Shown here piece by piece: positions 24,342-36,303 of a stretch of 39,694 bases of DNA. The stretch comes from a bacterium (GTDB taxonomy: Bacteria; Verrucomicrobiota; Verrucomicrobiia; Chthoniobacterales; Terrimicrobiaceae). The DNA is taken from contig RFZT01000001.1 in NCBI GenBank assembly GCA_009920585.1, forward strand, positions 1-39,694, read 5' to 3'. Every line of letters starts with the position of its first letter. Position 1 is the first letter of the stretch. A program made the position numbers and the translations under genes. Below the pieces are notes generated by a model. It searched no databases and was not told where the DNA came from. It saw only the letters and a program-made list of their open reading frames with translations.

Positions 24342-25952
24342 TTACTCGGCTGTCAGCGCAAAGCGCTCGGAACCTAGCAGTCCAGATTTCTCGAGGAAAT
24401 AGTCATAGCCGCCCGGATAAGAGACGGCCTGGCCGGCATTGATGTGGAGAATGCGGTTGGCGAGTTTGCGGATGAAATGGACGTCGTGCGAGATGAAGAC
24501 CAGCGTTCCCTCATAGGCCTCCAGCGCCAGCACGAGGGACTCCACGGTTAGGATGTCCAAGTGGGTGGTGGGCTCATCCATCAGAAGAAGGTTGGGAGGG
24601 TTGACGAGAAACTTGATGAGGTTCAATCGGGTCTTCTCGCCACCGCTGAGAACGGCTGTTTTTTTGTGGATATCATCCTTTCGGAAAAGAAAGGAACCAA
24701 GAATGCTGCGGGCTTCGTCTTCACGGAGTGTGCCGCTGCTGGCCATGATTTCCTCGAGTAGTGAGAACTCGGGATTGAGTGTGGCGGCACGATGTTGGCT
24801 GAAGTAGCCCACTTTCGAGTTGTGGCCGAATTGGCATGTCCCTTTTTGGTAGGGCGCGACGCCTGCCAAGATTTTAATGAGGGTTGATTTGCCGGCACCG
24901 TTGGGGCCGACTAGTGCTGTGCGCTCGCCACGCTCGATGATGAGATCCAGATTGCGATAGACGACATGGTCGCCGTAGGCCATTTGAATGCCTTCCAATA
25001 TGGCTGCTCTCTGACCGCCCCGCTCCGGTTGAGGAATGCGGAATCGGAATGGTTTGCGAGGAGCTTCTGGACGCTCGATTTTTTCCATGCGCTCGATTTG
25101 TTTGAGCTTGCTCTGAGCCTGAGCGGCTTTAGAGGAGACGGACCGGAAGCGGTCGGCAAATTCTTGGAGGGCGTCGATTTCCTTTTGCTGGTTTTTCCAA
25201 GACGCATACTGGATATCGAAATTGCGCTCCCTTTGGATCATGGCCTCAGAGTAGTTGCCCTTGTAATGCACGAGCTTTTGGGCCGAAATTTCGTAGACGT
25301 TATCGACGAGAGCATCCATGAACTCACGATCATGGGAGATGAGCAAAAGGGCACTTGAACAGGTCTTCAAGTATTGCTGAAGCCAGAGAAGGGAAAGCAA
25401 ATCCAGATGGTTTGTGGGCTCATCGAGCAGTAGGAGGTCGGGCTCCATGACCAAGAGGCGGGCAAGGTGAGCGCGCATCACCCATCCACCGCTGAGTTCC
25501 TTGGCAGGGCGATTCCATTCGGCCTCGCTGAATCCGAGACCCTTGAGCATTTTCTTCGCCTTCGCGTCGGTTCGAGGGTTGCTGAGCGCCTCGTGCATAG
25601 CGTGGGCTTCAAGATAATCTGAGCCATCGACGATGCCTTGAGCTTCAAGTTCGGCGAGTTTTTTTTCCAAAGCCTGCACCTCGCCTCCGCGACCCGTTGA
25701 GATGTCGAGTGCGGTTTCCTCACCTACGGCTTCGCCTTCCTGTGGGAGGTAGCCGATCATGGTCCACTCATCGCGCTGAACTGTGCCTGCATCGGGTTCG
25801 TCGCGCTTGAGGATAATCGAAAAAAGAGTCGATTTCCCGGCACCATTCGGGCCAACGAGGGCAACATGATCGCCGTAGTTCACTTGCATTGCGGCGGAGT
25901 CGAAAAGGACGCGGCCGCCGTGGGATTTTCTCAGATTTCGGATTGTGAGCAT
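24342..25952 (-). CDS. ABC-F family ATPase (two ABC cassettes, no TM domain)
   Basis: 536 aa with two Walker A motifs (GPNGAGKSTLF and GPNGAGKSTLI), two signature motifs (LSGGWVMR and LSGGEKTR), and a charged inter-domain linker (QQKEIDALQEFADRFRSVSSKAAQAQSKLKQIERMEK). Confidence 0.9.
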   Translation of the reverse strand: MLTIRNLRKSHGGRVLFDSAAMQVNYGDHVALVGPNGAGKSTLFSIILKRDEPDAGTVQRDEWTMIGYLPQEGEAVGEETALDISTGRGGEVQALEKKLAELEAQGIVDGSDYLEAHAMHEALSNPRTDAKAKKMLKGLGFSEAEWNRPAKELSGGWVMRAHLARLLVMEPDLLLLDEPTNHLDLLSLLWLQQYLKTCSSALLLISHDREFMDALVDNVYEISAQKLVHYKGNYSEAMIQRERNFDIQYASWKNQQKEIDALQEFADRFRSVSSKAAQAQSKLKQIERMEKIERPEAPRKPFRFRIPQPERGGQRAAILEGIQMAYGDHVVYRNLDLIIERGERTALVGPNGAGKSTLIKILAGVAPYQKGTCQFGHNSKVGYFSQHRAATLNPEFSLLEEIMASSGTLREDEARSILGSFLFRKDDIHKKTAVLSGGEKTRLNLIKFLVNPPNLLLMDEPTTHLDILTVESLVLALEAYEGTLVFISHDVHFIRKLANRILHINAGQAVSYPGGYDYFLEKSGLLGSERFALTAE

Positions 25953-26066
25953 CTTGGTGGTTTAACGAAAGAAGCGGTTGCTACGACCAGTCGGGAGTGA
26001 TCCCTGCAGGAGTAACGAACCGCCTCTCGATTTATTTTTGTTGAACAGGATTATCTAGCTGGAACC

Positions 26067-26666
26067 TTATGCGATTTCCTCACCGACACTGTAACGTGTG
26101 AAGCGGCGGATAATAATGTTTTCGCCCAGTTCGGCTATTTTGCTTTTCACGAGATCGTGAATGCTAAGTTCGGGATTTTTGATGAAGGCCTGCTCCAAAA
26201 GGCAGATCGTAGAGTAGAATTTATCGATTTTACCATCGACGATTTTTTCAATGATGTTCGCAGGTTTGCCAGCAACTTGGCCGGCGGCGACATCGCGTTC
26301 GCGTGCGAGAATAGCCTCAGGGACTTGTTCGCGAGACACGTAGAGCGGGTGGGCTGCTGCGATGTGGAGGGTGACGTCTTTAACGAAATCACGGAAGATT
26401 TCGTTTTTGGCAACGAAGTCGGTTTCGCAGTTGATTTCGACGAGAACGCCAACTTTGCCTTGGAGATGGATATAGGAGGCTACAATGCCTTCCTTGGCCT
26501 CGCGGGAGGCTTTTTTGCCAGCGCTAGCGATGCCTTTTTTGCGAAGGATATCCTCAGCGGCAACGATGTCACCCTTGGCTTCCGAAAGGGCGTTTTTGCA
26601 ATCCATCATCCCCGCATTTGTTTTTTCGCGGAGTTCTTTGACGAGGCTTGGTGAAATATCGGACAT
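26067..26666 (-). CDS. tsf: Elongation factor Ts (short form)
   Basis: 199 aa with the UBA-like N-terminus LVKELREKTNAGMMDCKNAL, followed by EGIVASYIH..GKVGVLVEINCETDFVAKN. Confidence 0.94.
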   Translation of the reverse strand: MSDISPSLVKELREKTNAGMMDCKNALSEAKGDIVAAEDILRKKGIASAGKKASREAKEGIVASYIHLQGKVGVLVEINCETDFVAKNEIFRDFVKDVTLHIAAAHPLYVSREQVPEAILARERDVAAGQVAGKPANIIEKIVDGKIDKFYSTICLLEQAFIKNPELSIHDLVKSKIAELGENIIIRRFTRYSVGEEIA

Positions 26667-26815
26667 GGGAAATGTGTACTAAAAAAGAGTCTTACTGTTG
26701 AAATGACAGAGAAGAGATCAACCGCATCCGCATTAAGAAAGACGTCAGGAATTGGGATTCACAGACGCCCCATTTTTAAAACGAGTTTAAAAACTTAATG
26801 CGCGGTTATTGAATT

Positions 26816-27562
26816 CTACTCAGATACAGCGGCGAGTTCTGGAGTTGCCGTTTTTGCGGACACACCTTTCGCTTCCAAGATGGCTTGAACGATCTTGGAG
26901 AGGACAAGGCGGATCGAGCGAATCGCATCGTCGTTGCCAGCGATAGGGTACTCGATTTTCTCTGGGTTACTATTTGTGTCAACGATCGCGATGATTGGGA
27001 TACCCAAGCGGTTGGCTTCGGCCACGGCGATTTCTTCGCGAATGGTGTCCACGACAATGAGAACGTCGGGAAGCTTATCCATGGCAACGATACCACCCAG
27101 ATTGTGGAGGAGCTTGACGCCCTCGCGACGGATGGAAGATGCCTCGGCCTTGTTGATCTTTGCAAATGCAGGAGATTTTTCGAGGGCTTGGATTTCCTTC
27201 AGGCGAGCGACGCTGCGACGGATCGTGGTCAGATTGGTGAGCGTACCGCCCAACCAGCGCTGATTCACATAGAGCTGACCGGTGGCCTCTGCGGCTTCAC
27301 GGACGGCTTCCTGCGCTTGTTTTTTGGTTCCAACAATCAAGGCCTTACCGCCATTGCGGATGAGATTCTTAAGGTATGTGGTAGCGCGGTCGAGTTGATC
27401 GATCGTAAGACCGATATCGATGATGTAAATCGAGTTTTTTTCCTCGAGGATGTAATCGCGCATTTTTGGATTCCATCGTTTGGTCTGGTGTCCGTAGTGG
27501 ACGCCAGCCTCGAGGAGCTCCGTCATGAGTTCGATGTTCGGATTTTTAGCTGATTCTGACAT
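26816..27562 (-). CDS. rpsB: 30S ribosomal protein S2
   Basis: 248 aa with [27 protein letters not shown]-like [11 protein letters not shown], and [14 protein letters not shown]. Confidence 0.96.
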   Translation of the reverse strand: MSESAKNPNIELMTELLEAGVHYGHQTKRWNPKMRDYILEEKNSIYIIDIGLTIDQLDRATTYLKNLIRNGGKALIVGTKKQAQEAVREAAEATGQLYVNQRWLGGTLTNLTTIRRSVARLKEIQALEKSPAFAKINKAEASSIRREGVKLLHNLGGIVAMDKLPDVLIVVDTIREEIAVAEANRLGIPIIAIVDTNSNPEKIEYPIAGNDDAIRSIRLVLSKIVQAILEAKGVSAKTATPELAAVSE

Positions 27563-27577
27563 GGTGGTTGGTTGGGA

Positions 27578-30500
27578 TTAACTGGCGACTTTTTGTGATT
27601 CTTCTTTGCTGGTGGCTTCAAGTCCATCGCCCGATTGGGTGATAGCGATGTTACGATGGGTGTGGAATCCAGTTCCAGCAGGAATTAGATGACCCATGAT
27701 GACGTTCTCTTTGAATCCGCGGAGGCGATCGACTCTGCCGAGTGTAGCGGCTTCGGTCAATACGCGAGTTGTGTCTTGGAATGAAGCGGCCGAGATGAAG
27801 CTGTCCGTTTCAAGGGCGGTTTTGGTAATGCCCAGTAGAACAGGATTGGCTTCAGCAGGTTTACCGCCTTTTTTGATGACGGCTTCATTTTCGGCGTCGA
27901 AGGCGAGGCGGTCAACTTGGTCACCCCAGAGGAGAGTGGTATCTCCCTGTTCGGTGATTTTGACTTTGCGAAGCATTTGACGAACGATGATTTCGATGTG
28001 TTTATCGTTAATTTCGACGCCTTGTAGACGATAGACTTCCTGAACTTCGTTGAGCAAGTGCTCTTGAAGTTCTTGTGGTCCACAGATTTCAAGGATTTCG
28101 TGCGGAACGACAGGGCCTTCTGTGAGTTGTTGGCCTTTTTTAACAAGATCACCTTTAAAGACAATGATGTGCTTGTTAAGCGGGATGAGGTGTTCCTCTT
28201 CCTGCTTCGTTTCTGGGTCGATAACAATGAGGCGGCGCTTGGCGCGAACCGTTCCACCGATGTCCACGACACCGTCGATTTTGGCTATATCAGCTGCATC
28301 TTTTGGCCTACGGGCCTCAAAGAGTTCGGCTACACGTGGAAGACCTCCCGTGATGTCCTTAGTTTTGCCGATCTTACGTGGTGTACGAGCCACACGCTGT
28401 CCGGCAGGAACCTTGGCTCCTTCTTTGACTTCGATGTGAGCGCCAGCAGGGATCGAGTAACTAGCAAGAACGTTCTTGGCTTCGTTAACGATGAGAATTT
28501 GTGGGTGGAGATCTTCTTTGTGCTCGATAACGACCGTTCCGCGCACGCCTGTGGATTCGTCAATTTCTTGGCGAATGGTGACGCCTGGGATCATGTCACG
28601 GAATTCGATGCGACCCGCTTTTTCTGTGATGATCGGAACGTTATACGGATCCCATTGAATGAATGTTTCGCCTTTTTTGACAGTCGATCCATCCGCAACG
28701 GAAATCACGGAGCCTACAACCACAACGTGGCTTTCAAGCTCGCGGCCGTCTTTTGCATGGAGCGAAACACTGCCGTTCTTATTGAGAACGACGTATGTTT
28801 TCTCGACGGTTTCTACAACCTTGAGTTCGTTGAAGCGAACGGTGCCATCATTTTTGGCTTTGATGATCGGCTGTTTGAACGTCTGGCTAGCAGCACCACC
28901 GACGTGGAATGTTCGCATTGTGAGCTGGGTGCCGGGTTCGCCGATCGATTGAGCGGCAATAATTCCGACAGCTTCACCGAGCTTGATAAGTCCGCCAGTG
29001 GAAAGATTGCGCCCGTAACAACGCACGCAAATGCCACGCTTGGATTCGCAGGTAAGCGCTGAGCGGATTTTGAGTTGCTCATGGCCCACTTTATCGAGTG
29101 CAGCGGCGGTTTCCTCATCGACCAATTGATTGGCCTTGATGATGGCTTTGTTTGTGATCGGATCTTTGACGGTTTCGCAGCTGGTGCGGCCGATGATGCG
29201 TGTTGAGAGGCTAACGACTTCTTCGTCGCCTTCGTAGATCGGACGAACAACGATGCCGTTGGCTGTGAAACAATCATCGATCGTGATGATGACGTCTTGG
29301 GCCGCGTCAACGAGTTTACGAGTAAGGTAACCGGAATCCGCCGTCTTGAGAGCGGTATCAGCAAGCCCCTTACGAGCACCGTGGGCAGAGATGAAGTATT
29401 CAAGCACCGTAAGGCCTTCACGGAAGTTAGCAGTAATAGGCTGCTCGATGATTTCGCCCGAAGGTTTAGCCATCTGACCACGCATACCAGCCAACTGTTT
29501 GACCTGGGTACGGTTGCCTCGAGCGCCGGAATCCACCATCATGAACACGGGGTTCATCTCGCGCTTGTTGTCGTTATATTCTAGAGTGCGGAATAGAGCG
29601 TTCGCGATCTCTTCACCAGTATGGGTCCAAATGTCTTGAACCTTATTCTTGCGCTCGCCATCGGTGATAATACCACGGCGGTATTGTTTAGCCACTTCAG
29701 CGACCTCACGGTAGGCTTTTTCAAGGAGTTGTGATTTCTCCTTGGGAATCATCATGTCATTAATACCGATTGAAACACCAGCTTTCGTGGCTTCGCGGAA
29801 GCCAAGCTCTTTGAGGAGATCGAGTGTTTCAACAGTAGTCTGCTGACCCGATGCTTTGTAGCAGCGCCAAATAATGTCGGAGAGTTGTTTCTTGCCACAA
29901 ACCTTGTTGTAAAAACCAAGGGCTTTCGGCCAGATCTGGTTGAAAACAACGCGGCCAGCAGTGGTCTCAAGAACCTTTGGTTCTGGATCACCATAAACTG
30001 TTGTTAGACCAAAATCGGGATTCTTGAATAGAATTCGAGTGTGAGTGCGAATGGCGCGATCGGTGAGTGCCAACTCGACTTCATCTGGATTTCCAAAAAT
30101 CGGTAAGCGTTTATCTTTCGCGGCATCCTCACCACGAGGCTTTTGGGTCAGATAATAGCAACCGAGCGGAATATCCTGTGAAGGTGTTGTGATCGGCTTT
30201 CCGCTTGAAGGCGAGAAGATGTTGTTCGGTGCTAGCATCAACATCCGAGCTTCCATCTGGGCTTCAGTGGAAAGTGGGACGTGAACAGCCATTTGATCAC
30301 CGTCGAAGTCGGCGTTGTAAGCCGTACAGACCAGCGGATGAACGCGGATCGCTTCACCTTCAATCAAGATAGGCTCAAAGGCCTGAATCGATAAGCGGTG
30401 AAGGGTAGGGGCACGGTTGAGAAGAACAGGGTGACCCTTTGTGACTTCTTCAAGGATGTCCCAAACCTCAGGGGTCTGGCGCTCGATGAGTTTTTTCGCA

Positions 30501-31690
30501 CTGCGAACAGTGTGGACATATCCGAGTTCTTTGAGTCTGCGGATGATGAATGGCTCAAAAAGAACCAACGCCATTTTCTTTGGCAGACCGCATTGATTGA
30601 GTTTCAACTCAGGACCGATAACGATAACGGAACGGCCGGAATAATCGACGCGCTTACCAAGAAGGTTTTGACGGAAACGGCCACCTTTGCCCTTGAGCAT
30701 GTCGCTCAGAGATTTGAGTGGTCGGTTTGCTGCACCTGTTACCGCGCGACCGTGGCGACCATTGTCGAAGAGAGCATCGACAGACTCTTGAAGCATGCGC
30801 TTTTCGTTGCGGATGATGACTTCGGGAGTTTTAAGCTGAAGAAGTGTTCTGAGGCGGTTGTTACGATTAATAACACGGCGATAAAGATCATTAAGATCAG
30901 AGGTCGCAAAGCGTCCGCCTTCCAGTGGCACGAGAGGGCGAAGGTCTGGCGGGATCACAGGAAGCACATTCAGAATCATCCATTCAGGACGAGTCTTCGA
31001 CTCCATGAAGCCTTGAACCAATTTGAGACGTTTGGCGTATTTCTTCCGGAGCTGCTTGCTTTTGGTCGAAGCCATGCCGTTTTCAATTTCGACTTGGAGG
31101 TTGGCCAGATCAATGTTGGCAAGAAGCTTGTGGATGGCTTCGGCGCCCATAGAAGCTGTGAAGTTTTCACCATATTGTTCTTCCGCATCGCGGAATTCCA
31201 ATTCTGTCAGAAGTTGGCAACGCTCGAGCGGGGTATTACCCGGATCGATAACGACAAAATCTTCATAGTAAATGACGCGCTCGAGTTGGCGGGACGTCAT
31301 ATCCAGCATGAGTCCTAAACGGGAAGGCATGCATTTGTAGAACCAGATGTGGGATACTGGTACTGCAAGATCAATGTGACCCATCCGCTCACGGCGGACA
31401 CGGGAAACGGTGACTTCAACGCCGCAACGATCGCAAATAACACCCTTATGTTTAATGCGCTTATATTTTCCGCAGGAGCATTCCCAGTCCCGAGTTGGAC
31501 CGAAAATACGCTCGCAAAACAAACCGCCTTTTTCGGGTTTGAATGTCCGATAGTTGATCGTCTCGGGATTTTTGACTTCGCCCTTGCTCCAGCTGCGCAT
31601 GGCGTCTGGTGAGGCCACGGTGATGGCAACCTCATCAAAACCGACTGGCTTCGAGTTCCCCATGGCTTCGCGGATATTAAGATCTTTCAT
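27578..31690 (-). CDS. rpoC: DNA-directed RNA polymerase subunit beta'
   Basis: 1370 aa with the zinc-finger region [23 protein letters not shown], the catalytic [12 protein letters not shown] motif, and trigger loop/bridge helix regions. Confidence 0.99.
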   Translation of the reverse strand: MKDLNIREAMGNSKPVGFDEVAITVASPDAMRSWSKGEVKNPETINYRTFKPEKGGLFCERIFGPTRDWECSCGKYKRIKHKGVICDRCGVEVTVSRVRRERMGHIDLAVPVSHIWFYKCMPSRLGLMLDMTSRQLERVIYYEDFVVIDPGNTPLERCQLLTELEFRDAEEQYGENFTASMGAEAIHKLLANIDLANLQVEIENGMASTKSKQLRKKYAKRLKLVQGFMESKTRPEWMILNVLPVIPPDLRPLVPLEGGRFATSDLNDLYRRVINRNNRLRTLLQLKTPEVIIRNEKRMLQESVDALFDNGRHGRAVTGAANRPLKSLSDMLKGKGGRFRQNLLGKRVDYSGRSVIVIGPELKLNQCGLPKKMALVLFEPFIIRRLKELGYVHTVRSAKKLIERQTPEVWDILEEVTKGHPVLLNRAPTLHRLSIQAFEPILIEGEAIRVHPLVCTAYNADFDGDQMAVHVPLSTEAQMEARMLMLAPNNIFSPSSGKPITTPSQDIPLGCYYLTQKPRGEDAAKDKRLPIFGNPDEVELALTDRAIRTHTRILFKNPDFGLTTVYGDPEPKVLETTAGRVVFNQIWPKALGFYNKVCGKKQLSDIIWRCYKASGQQTTVETLDLLKELGFREATKAGVSIGINDMMIPKEKSQLLEKAYREVAEVAKQYRRGIITDGERKNKVQDIWTHTGEEIANALFRTLEYNDNKREMNPVFMMVDSGARGNRTQVKQLAGMRGQMAKPSGEIIEQPITANFREGLTVLEYFISAHGARKGLADTALKTADSGYLTRKLVDAAQDVIITIDDCFTANGIVVRPIYEGDEEVVSLSTRIIGRTSCETVKDPITNKAIIKANQLVDEETAAALDKVGHEQLKIRSALTCESKRGICVRCYGRNLSTGGLIKLGEAVGIIAAQSIGEPGTQLTMRTFHVGGAASQTFKQPIIKAKNDGTVRFNELKVVETVEKTYVVLNKNGSVSLHAKDGRELESHVVVVGSVISVADGSTVKKGETFIQWDPYNVPIITEKAGRIEFRDMIPGVTIRQEIDESTGVRGTVVIEHKEDLHPQILIVNEAKNVLASYSIPAGAHIEVKEGAKVPAGQRVARTPRKIGKTKDITGGLPRVAELFEARRPKDAADIAKIDGVVDIGGTVRAKRRLIVIDPETKQEEEHLIPLNKHIIVFKGDLVKKGQQLTEGPVVPHEILEICGPQELQEHLLNEVQEVYRLQGVEINDKHIEIIVRQMLRKVKITEQGDTTLLWGDQVDRLAFDAENEAVIKKGGKPAEANPVLLGITKTALETDSFISAASFQDTTRVLTEAATLGRVDRLRGFKENVIMGHLIPAGTGFHTHRNIAITQSGDGLEATSKEESQKVAS

Positions 31691-31730
31691 GTATGATATG
31701 GTTCGTCAGATTTAGTTCGATTAATGTTGT

Positions 31731-34700
31731 TTAGGCGATTCCTTCAACTAGAGCGGGATCTTTTCCGCCAACACGGACATCAAGGCCAAGACCTTGCATT
31801 TCTTTGATGAGTACATTGAAGGACTCCGGCGTGCCCGCTTCGAGAGAGTTATCTCCCTTCACGATGCTTTCATAGATGCGTGTGCGGCCTGCAACGTCAT
31901 CTGATTTGACAGTGAGAAGTTCCTGCAAGGTATAAGCAGCGCCGTAGGCCTGCAATGCCCAAACTTCCATCTCTCCGAAACGCTGTCCGCCGTACTGAGC
32001 CTTACCACCAAGCGGTTGCTGGGTGACGAGACTGTATGGTCCAACGGCACGGGCATGAATTTTGTCAGCGACCAAGTGGCCCAGCTTCAACATGTAAATG
32101 TAACCGACAACGACCTGTTGGTCGAATGGTTCGCCGGTCAATCCATCATAAAGGGTGGACTTAGCGTTTTCATTGATCCAAGTGAAGCCTTCGACTTTGC
32201 GAGCTTCCGCGAGGAATTCACGAATCTTGGATTCGGGAATGCCATCAAAGACAGGAGTGGCTACTTTAAATCCAAGGGCCTTGGCTGCGACGCCAAGGTG
32301 AGTTTCAAGAACCTGACCCACGTTCATACGACTAGGAACGCCGAGAGGGTTCAAGACGATGTCAACAGGAGTTCCGTCTGCAAGATAGGGCATATCTTCT
32401 TCTGGAACAATTCTAGCAACAACACCTTTGTTTCCGTGCCGGCCGGCCATTTTGTCACCAACGCTGAGCTTGCGCTTGCTGGCAATATAGACCTTAACTT
32501 GCTTAATGATACCGGGATCAATGTCGTCACCGCTTTCAATGCGGCCGAGGTTGGCATCGCGATCATTGTCCAAGTCGACAAACTTGTGTTCAAACTGACC
32601 AATGATTTCGTTGATCTTGTTGCGAATTGGGCTCGGATCGATTTCGACGTGGTTGTAAACGCCCGCCAATTTGCGAAGGAGTTGCTTCGTGATTTTGCGG
32701 TTGGCGGGAATGATGATTTCTCCCGTCTGAGCGTTCACTACATCGAGAGGAATTTTCTCGTTGAGGAGGATATTCGCAAGGGCTGCAGTGAGTTGATCAT
32801 GCAATTCTTCCTGGCGCTTATTGTAGTCCTCTACAATCATCTTCTGCTGACGCTTGGATTCCGCCGGAGTCATCTTGCTACGTGTGACTTCTTTTTTCGA
32901 CGAGACTTTGATATCCATAACAATGCCATATGTGCCCGAAGGAACAGTGAGCGAGGTGTCTTTGACGTCAGCGGCTTTTTCACCGAAGATCGCACGAAGA
33001 AGTCTTTCTTCAGGGGCGAGTTCGGTTTCGCTCTTAGGCGTGATTTTGCCAACAAGGATATCGCCAGGCTTAACTTCAGCACCGATGCGGATAACACCAT
33101 CTGCTCCGAGGTTTTGAAGGGCCTCTTCACTGATGTTCGGAATATCGCGTGTGATTTCCTCTGGTCCAAGTTTGGTGTCACGAGCGCCGATCTCAAACTC
33201 ATCGATGTGAATCGAGGTATAGATGTCCTCTTTCACAACGCGTTTGGAGATCATGATAGCGTCTTCGAAGTTGTATCCATTCCATGGCATGAATGCCACG
33301 AGTACGTTACGACCTAAAGCGAGCTCGCCTTTTTCGGTGTTAGGACCGTCTGCAATGACGTCACCTTTCTTGATCGACTGGCCTTTAACGACAATCGGCT
33401 TTTGATTGATGCAGGTGCTCGCATTCGAGCGCATGAATTTGCGCAATTCATAAAGATGGACACCATTTTCGGGATCGTGCTTGATCTTCTTCTTGCCTTC
33501 AGGAAGTGATCCGTCCTTTGTAATGATGATTTGGGTCGCTGTGACGGAGGCCACTTTTCCAGTAGCTTCGGCGCAGATAACCGCACGGGAATCGCGAGCG
33601 ACGCGTGCTTCGAGTCCTGTTCCGACGAGCGGAGATTCGGATACCAGAAGCGGCACGCCTTGGCGTTGCATGTTCGAACCCATGAGAGCGCGGTTAGCAT
33701 CATCGTGTTCCAAGAAGGGAATCAACCCAGCTGCCACGGATACCAATTGCTTCGGAGACACATCCATGTATTGGATTTGGGCAGGCTCAACTTCGAGGAA
33801 GTCGCCGCGATATCTCGAGGAAACTTTTTCGCCTGTCAAATTTCCCTTGCCATCCACTTCGGAATTAGCTTGGGCGATGTAGAAGTTTTCATCTCGATCA
33901 CCGCTGAGGTATTCGACTTCGTCAGTCACTCGGCCATTAGCGACCTTGCGATAAGGAGTCTCGATGAATCCGAATTCATTGATGCGGGCAAATGTGCTCA
34001 ATGAACTGATAAGACCGATGTTCGGGCCTTCAGGAGTTTCGATTGGGCAAATACGACCGTAGTGCGAAGGATGCACGTCACGAACTTCAAATCCGGCGCG
34101 ATCACGGCTGAGACCTCCTGGCCCGAGGGCGGAGAGACGGCGTTTGTGAGTCAGCTCCGAAAGCGGGTTCGTTTGATCCATGAACTGGCTCAATTGGCTA
34201 CGACCAAAGAAGTCGCGGACAACGGCGCTCAGGGATTTCGGATTAATGAGCTTCTGCGGTGTGATCTGATCTGTGTTGATATCAAACAATGTCATGCGCT
34301 CGCGAACGAGACGCTCTGTGCGGGAGAGACCCACACGGCATTGGTTCGCAAGAAGTTCACCAACAGTTCTGACGCGACGGCTACCGAGGTGATCGATGTC
34401 ATCGGTCATTCCGTCTCCGCCACGGAGGCGAACGAGATACTTCATCGCAGCGACAAAATCATCTTTTGTGAGTGTGCGCTGATCATTGCTGACCTTGAGG
34501 CCGAGCTTTTGATTGATTTTGTGACGGCCAACGCGACCTAAGTCGTAGCGCTTAGCGTCGAAGAAAAGCCGTTTGAGCATGCTGCGGCTGTTCTGAACGG
34601 TGGGTGGATCACCAGGGCGCAGTTTGCGGTAGATATCTTTGAGAGCCTCGTCCTCTTCGTGAGCCGGATCTTTTTTCAAAGATTTGATGATGGTGTCATC

Positions 34701-35525
34701 TTCCTTCGTGTCGACGACTTTAACAGACTTGTGACCCAGTTTGATGAGTTCGCGGATGATGGCCGTCGTGAGAGGTTCAAAAGCGCGTCCGACGGTGAGT
34801 TCACCATCACGGATATCGGCGATGAGAACTTTCGTTGCGATGACTTCCTCATCGAGTTTCTCACTGAGCTTGAGGTCCTCGGTTTTATAGAAAAGGTTGA
34901 TGATATCTTCGTCGTTCGGATATCCGAGGGTGCGAAGAAATGTGGTGGCCAGAAATTTCCGGCGACGTTTGCGGCGATCGAGATAGACGTAGAGGAGATC
35001 GCTCGTGTCGAATTGAACTTCAATCCATGAACCACGATCAGGAATGATGCGGAATCCGTGAAGGATCTTACCGTTGGTGTGAACGGATGTCTCGAAACAA
35101 ATGCCAGGCGAGCGGTGCAACTGAGATACAACGACGCGCTCTGCACCATTAATGACAAAAGTGCCCTGCTGGGTCATGAGTGGCAATTCACCCATGTAAA
35201 CTTTTTCCTCTTTCGTGCTCCGCTCGTCTTTGTAGCGGAAAGTCACATAAAGAGCGGCGCTGTAGGTCTGACCCTCACGCTGAGATTCGAGAGCCGACAT
35301 TTTTGGCTCGCCGAGCTCGTAGCTTACAAAATCGAGTGAGGACTTGTCTTCGAAGCCAAGTATCGGGAAAAATTCACGAAAGACGGCCTGAAGGCCAACG
35401 TCCCTGCGTTTGTTAAGGGGGACATCTTTTTGAAAAAACTCGTGATAAGAATTGAGCTGCAATTCAATGAGGTTTGGTGGCTCGATAGCCTCTTTCAATT
35501 TTCCGAAGTGGATGCGTTCAGACAT
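31731..35525 (-). CDS. rpoB: DNA-directed RNA polymerase subunit beta
   Basis: 1264 aa with the rifampicin-cluster region [30 protein letters not shown], then GRHGNKGVV and [20 protein letters not shown]. Confidence 0.99.
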   Translation of the reverse strand: MSERIHFGKLKEAIEPPNLIELQLNSYHEFFQKDVPLNKRRDVGLQAVFREFFPILGFEDKSSLDFVSYELGEPKMSALESQREGQTYSAALYVTFRYKDERSTKEEKVYMGELPLMTQQGTFVINGAERVVVSQLHRSPGICFETSVHTNGKILHGFRIIPDRGSWIEVQFDTSDLLYVYLDRRKRRRKFLATTFLRTLGYPNDEDIINLFYKTEDLKLSEKLDEEVIATKVLIADIRDGELTVGRAFEPLTTAIIRELIKLGHKSVKVVDTKEDDTIIKSLKKDPAHEEDEALKDIYRKLRPGDPPTVQNSRSMLKRLFFDAKRYDLGRVGRHKINQKLGLKVSNDQRTLTKDDFVAAMKYLVRLRGGDGMTDDIDHLGSRRVRTVGELLANQCRVGLSRTERLVRERMTLFDINTDQITPQKLINPKSLSAVVRDFFGRSQLSQFMDQTNPLSELTHKRRLSALGPGGLSRDRAGFEVRDVHPSHYGRICPIETPEGPNIGLISSLSTFARINEFGFIETPYRKVANGRVTDEVEYLSGDRDENFYIAQANSEVDGKGNLTGEKVSSRYRGDFLEVEPAQIQYMDVSPKQLVSVAAGLIPFLEHDDANRALMGSNMQRQGVPLLVSESPLVGTGLEARVARDSRAVICAEATGKVASVTATQIIITKDGSLPEGKKKIKHDPENGVHLYELRKFMRSNASTCINQKPIVVKGQSIKKGDVIADGPNTEKGELALGRNVLVAFMPWNGYNFEDAIMISKRVVKEDIYTSIHIDEFEIGARDTKLGPEEITRDIPNISEEALQNLGADGVIRIGAEVKPGDILVGKITPKSETELAPEERLLRAIFGEKAADVKDTSLTVPSGTYGIVMDIKVSSKKEVTRSKMTPAESKRQQKMIVEDYNKRQEELHDQLTAALANILLNEKIPLDVVNAQTGEIIIPANRKITKQLLRKLAGVYNHVEIDPSPIRNKINEIIGQFEHKFVDLDNDRDANLGRIESGDDIDPGIIKQVKVYIASKRKLSVGDKMAGRHGNKGVVARIVPEEDMPYLADGTPVDIVLNPLGVPSRMNVGQVLETHLGVAAKALGFKVATPVFDGIPESKIREFLAEARKVEGFTWINENAKSTLYDGLTGEPFDQQVVVGYIYMLKLGHLVADKIHARAVGPYSLVTQQPLGGKAQYGGQRFGEMEVWALQAYGAAYTLQELLTVKSDDVAGRTRIYESIVKGDNSLEAGTPESFNVLIKEMQGLGLDVRVGGKDPALVEGIA

Positions 35526-35568
35526 GGTATTTGTGAGATGCCGCTAGTGGGTTTTTGCCGGATTATTC

Positions 35569-35593
35569 GGCGATGGTCATCTGGCGATGGTCA
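35569..35593. repeat. Direct repeat GGCGATGGTCA x2 (3-nt spacer) in the rpoB 5' leader
   Basis: Read directly at 35569-35579 and 35583-35593. On the transcribed minus strand it is TGACCATCGCC-AGA-TGACCATCGCC, 44-68 nt upstream of the rpoB ATG. Confidence 0.85.
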
Positions 35594-35714
35594 AAAACGA
35601 AAATATCCGCCGACGGAAAAAGGGCGCTGGTAACGCGCATTCTTTCGTTGACGGAGCTAGAATTTGTTTTGATTGGATTCGTCAGATGGCTTGTTTTGCT
35701 TTTGAAGCGAACGA

Positions 35715-35770
35715 GATAAATTAAAGGGGCCCGCAGAGAGCGCAAGAAAAAAATCTTTTCTCTCTGCGGG
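35715..35770 (-). terminator. Hairpin attenuator/terminator in the rplL-rpoB intergenic region
   Basis: Perfect 11-bp stem CCCGCAGAGAG (35730-35740) with CTCTCTGCGGG (35760-35770) and a 19-nt loop. On the minus strand it is followed by CCCCTTTAATTTATC. It begins 12 nt after the rplL stop. A partial terminator at this position is well known in other bacteria. Confidence 0.5.
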
Positions 35771-35782
35771 GTTGAAACTGGC

Positions 35783-36160
35783 TTACTTGATTTCGACCTT
35801 GGCGCCGGCGGCTTCGATCTTTTTCTTGATCTCAGCGGCTTCTTCCTTGGTGACACCCTCTTTGAGGGCTTTAGGTGCGCTCTCAACGAGAGCTTTGGCT
35901 TCAGCGAGACCGAGGCCTGCCACAGCTGCGCGCACTTCTTTGATGACGCCGATTTTATTTGATCCGGCATCAGTAAGGATGACGTCGAAGGAGGTTTTTT
36001 CCTCTACGGGAGCTGCTGCTGCCCCTGGGCCTGCTGCTGCTACGGCTACTGGTGCCGCTGCGCTGACGCCCCATTTTTCTTCGAGTTGTTTGACGAGATC
36101 GGCTACTTCGAGGACAGTAAGTCCGCTGAGTTGCTCGACGAGTGCATTTGTATCTGCCAT
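35783..36160 (-). CDS. rplL: 50S ribosomal protein L7/L12
   Basis: 125 aa with an Ala/Pro-rich hinge and the C-terminal domain [54 protein letters not shown]. Confidence 0.97.
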   Translation of the reverse strand: MADTNALVEQLSGLTVLEVADLVKQLEEKWGVSAAAPVAVAAAGPGAAAAPVEEKTSFDVILTDAGSNKIGVIKEVRAAVAGLGLAEAKALVESAPKALKEGVTKEEAAEIKKKIEAAGAKVEIK

Positions 36161-36303
36161 ATATTTAGTATTTTTTGGTATTGTCGCCCACCGAGGCTTC
36201 GGCGAATTTGAGTCTGGCGCCGCCAGACCGACAAGGAACCGGTTTGTGTTTTCTTGTTAGTCGTCTGCCAACCTTGCGGCGGACAGGCGAAATTCTTTTG
36301 GAA

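Noticed and set aside
28058-33317. Long plus-strand ORFs antisense to rpoC and rpoB (334 aa at 28058..29062, 306 aa at 30398..31318, 433 aa at 32016..33317)
   Set aside because: They lie entirely inside highly conserved RNAP genes on the other strand. Their open frames are explained by the codon bias of the sense genes, and their translations show no recognisable domains.
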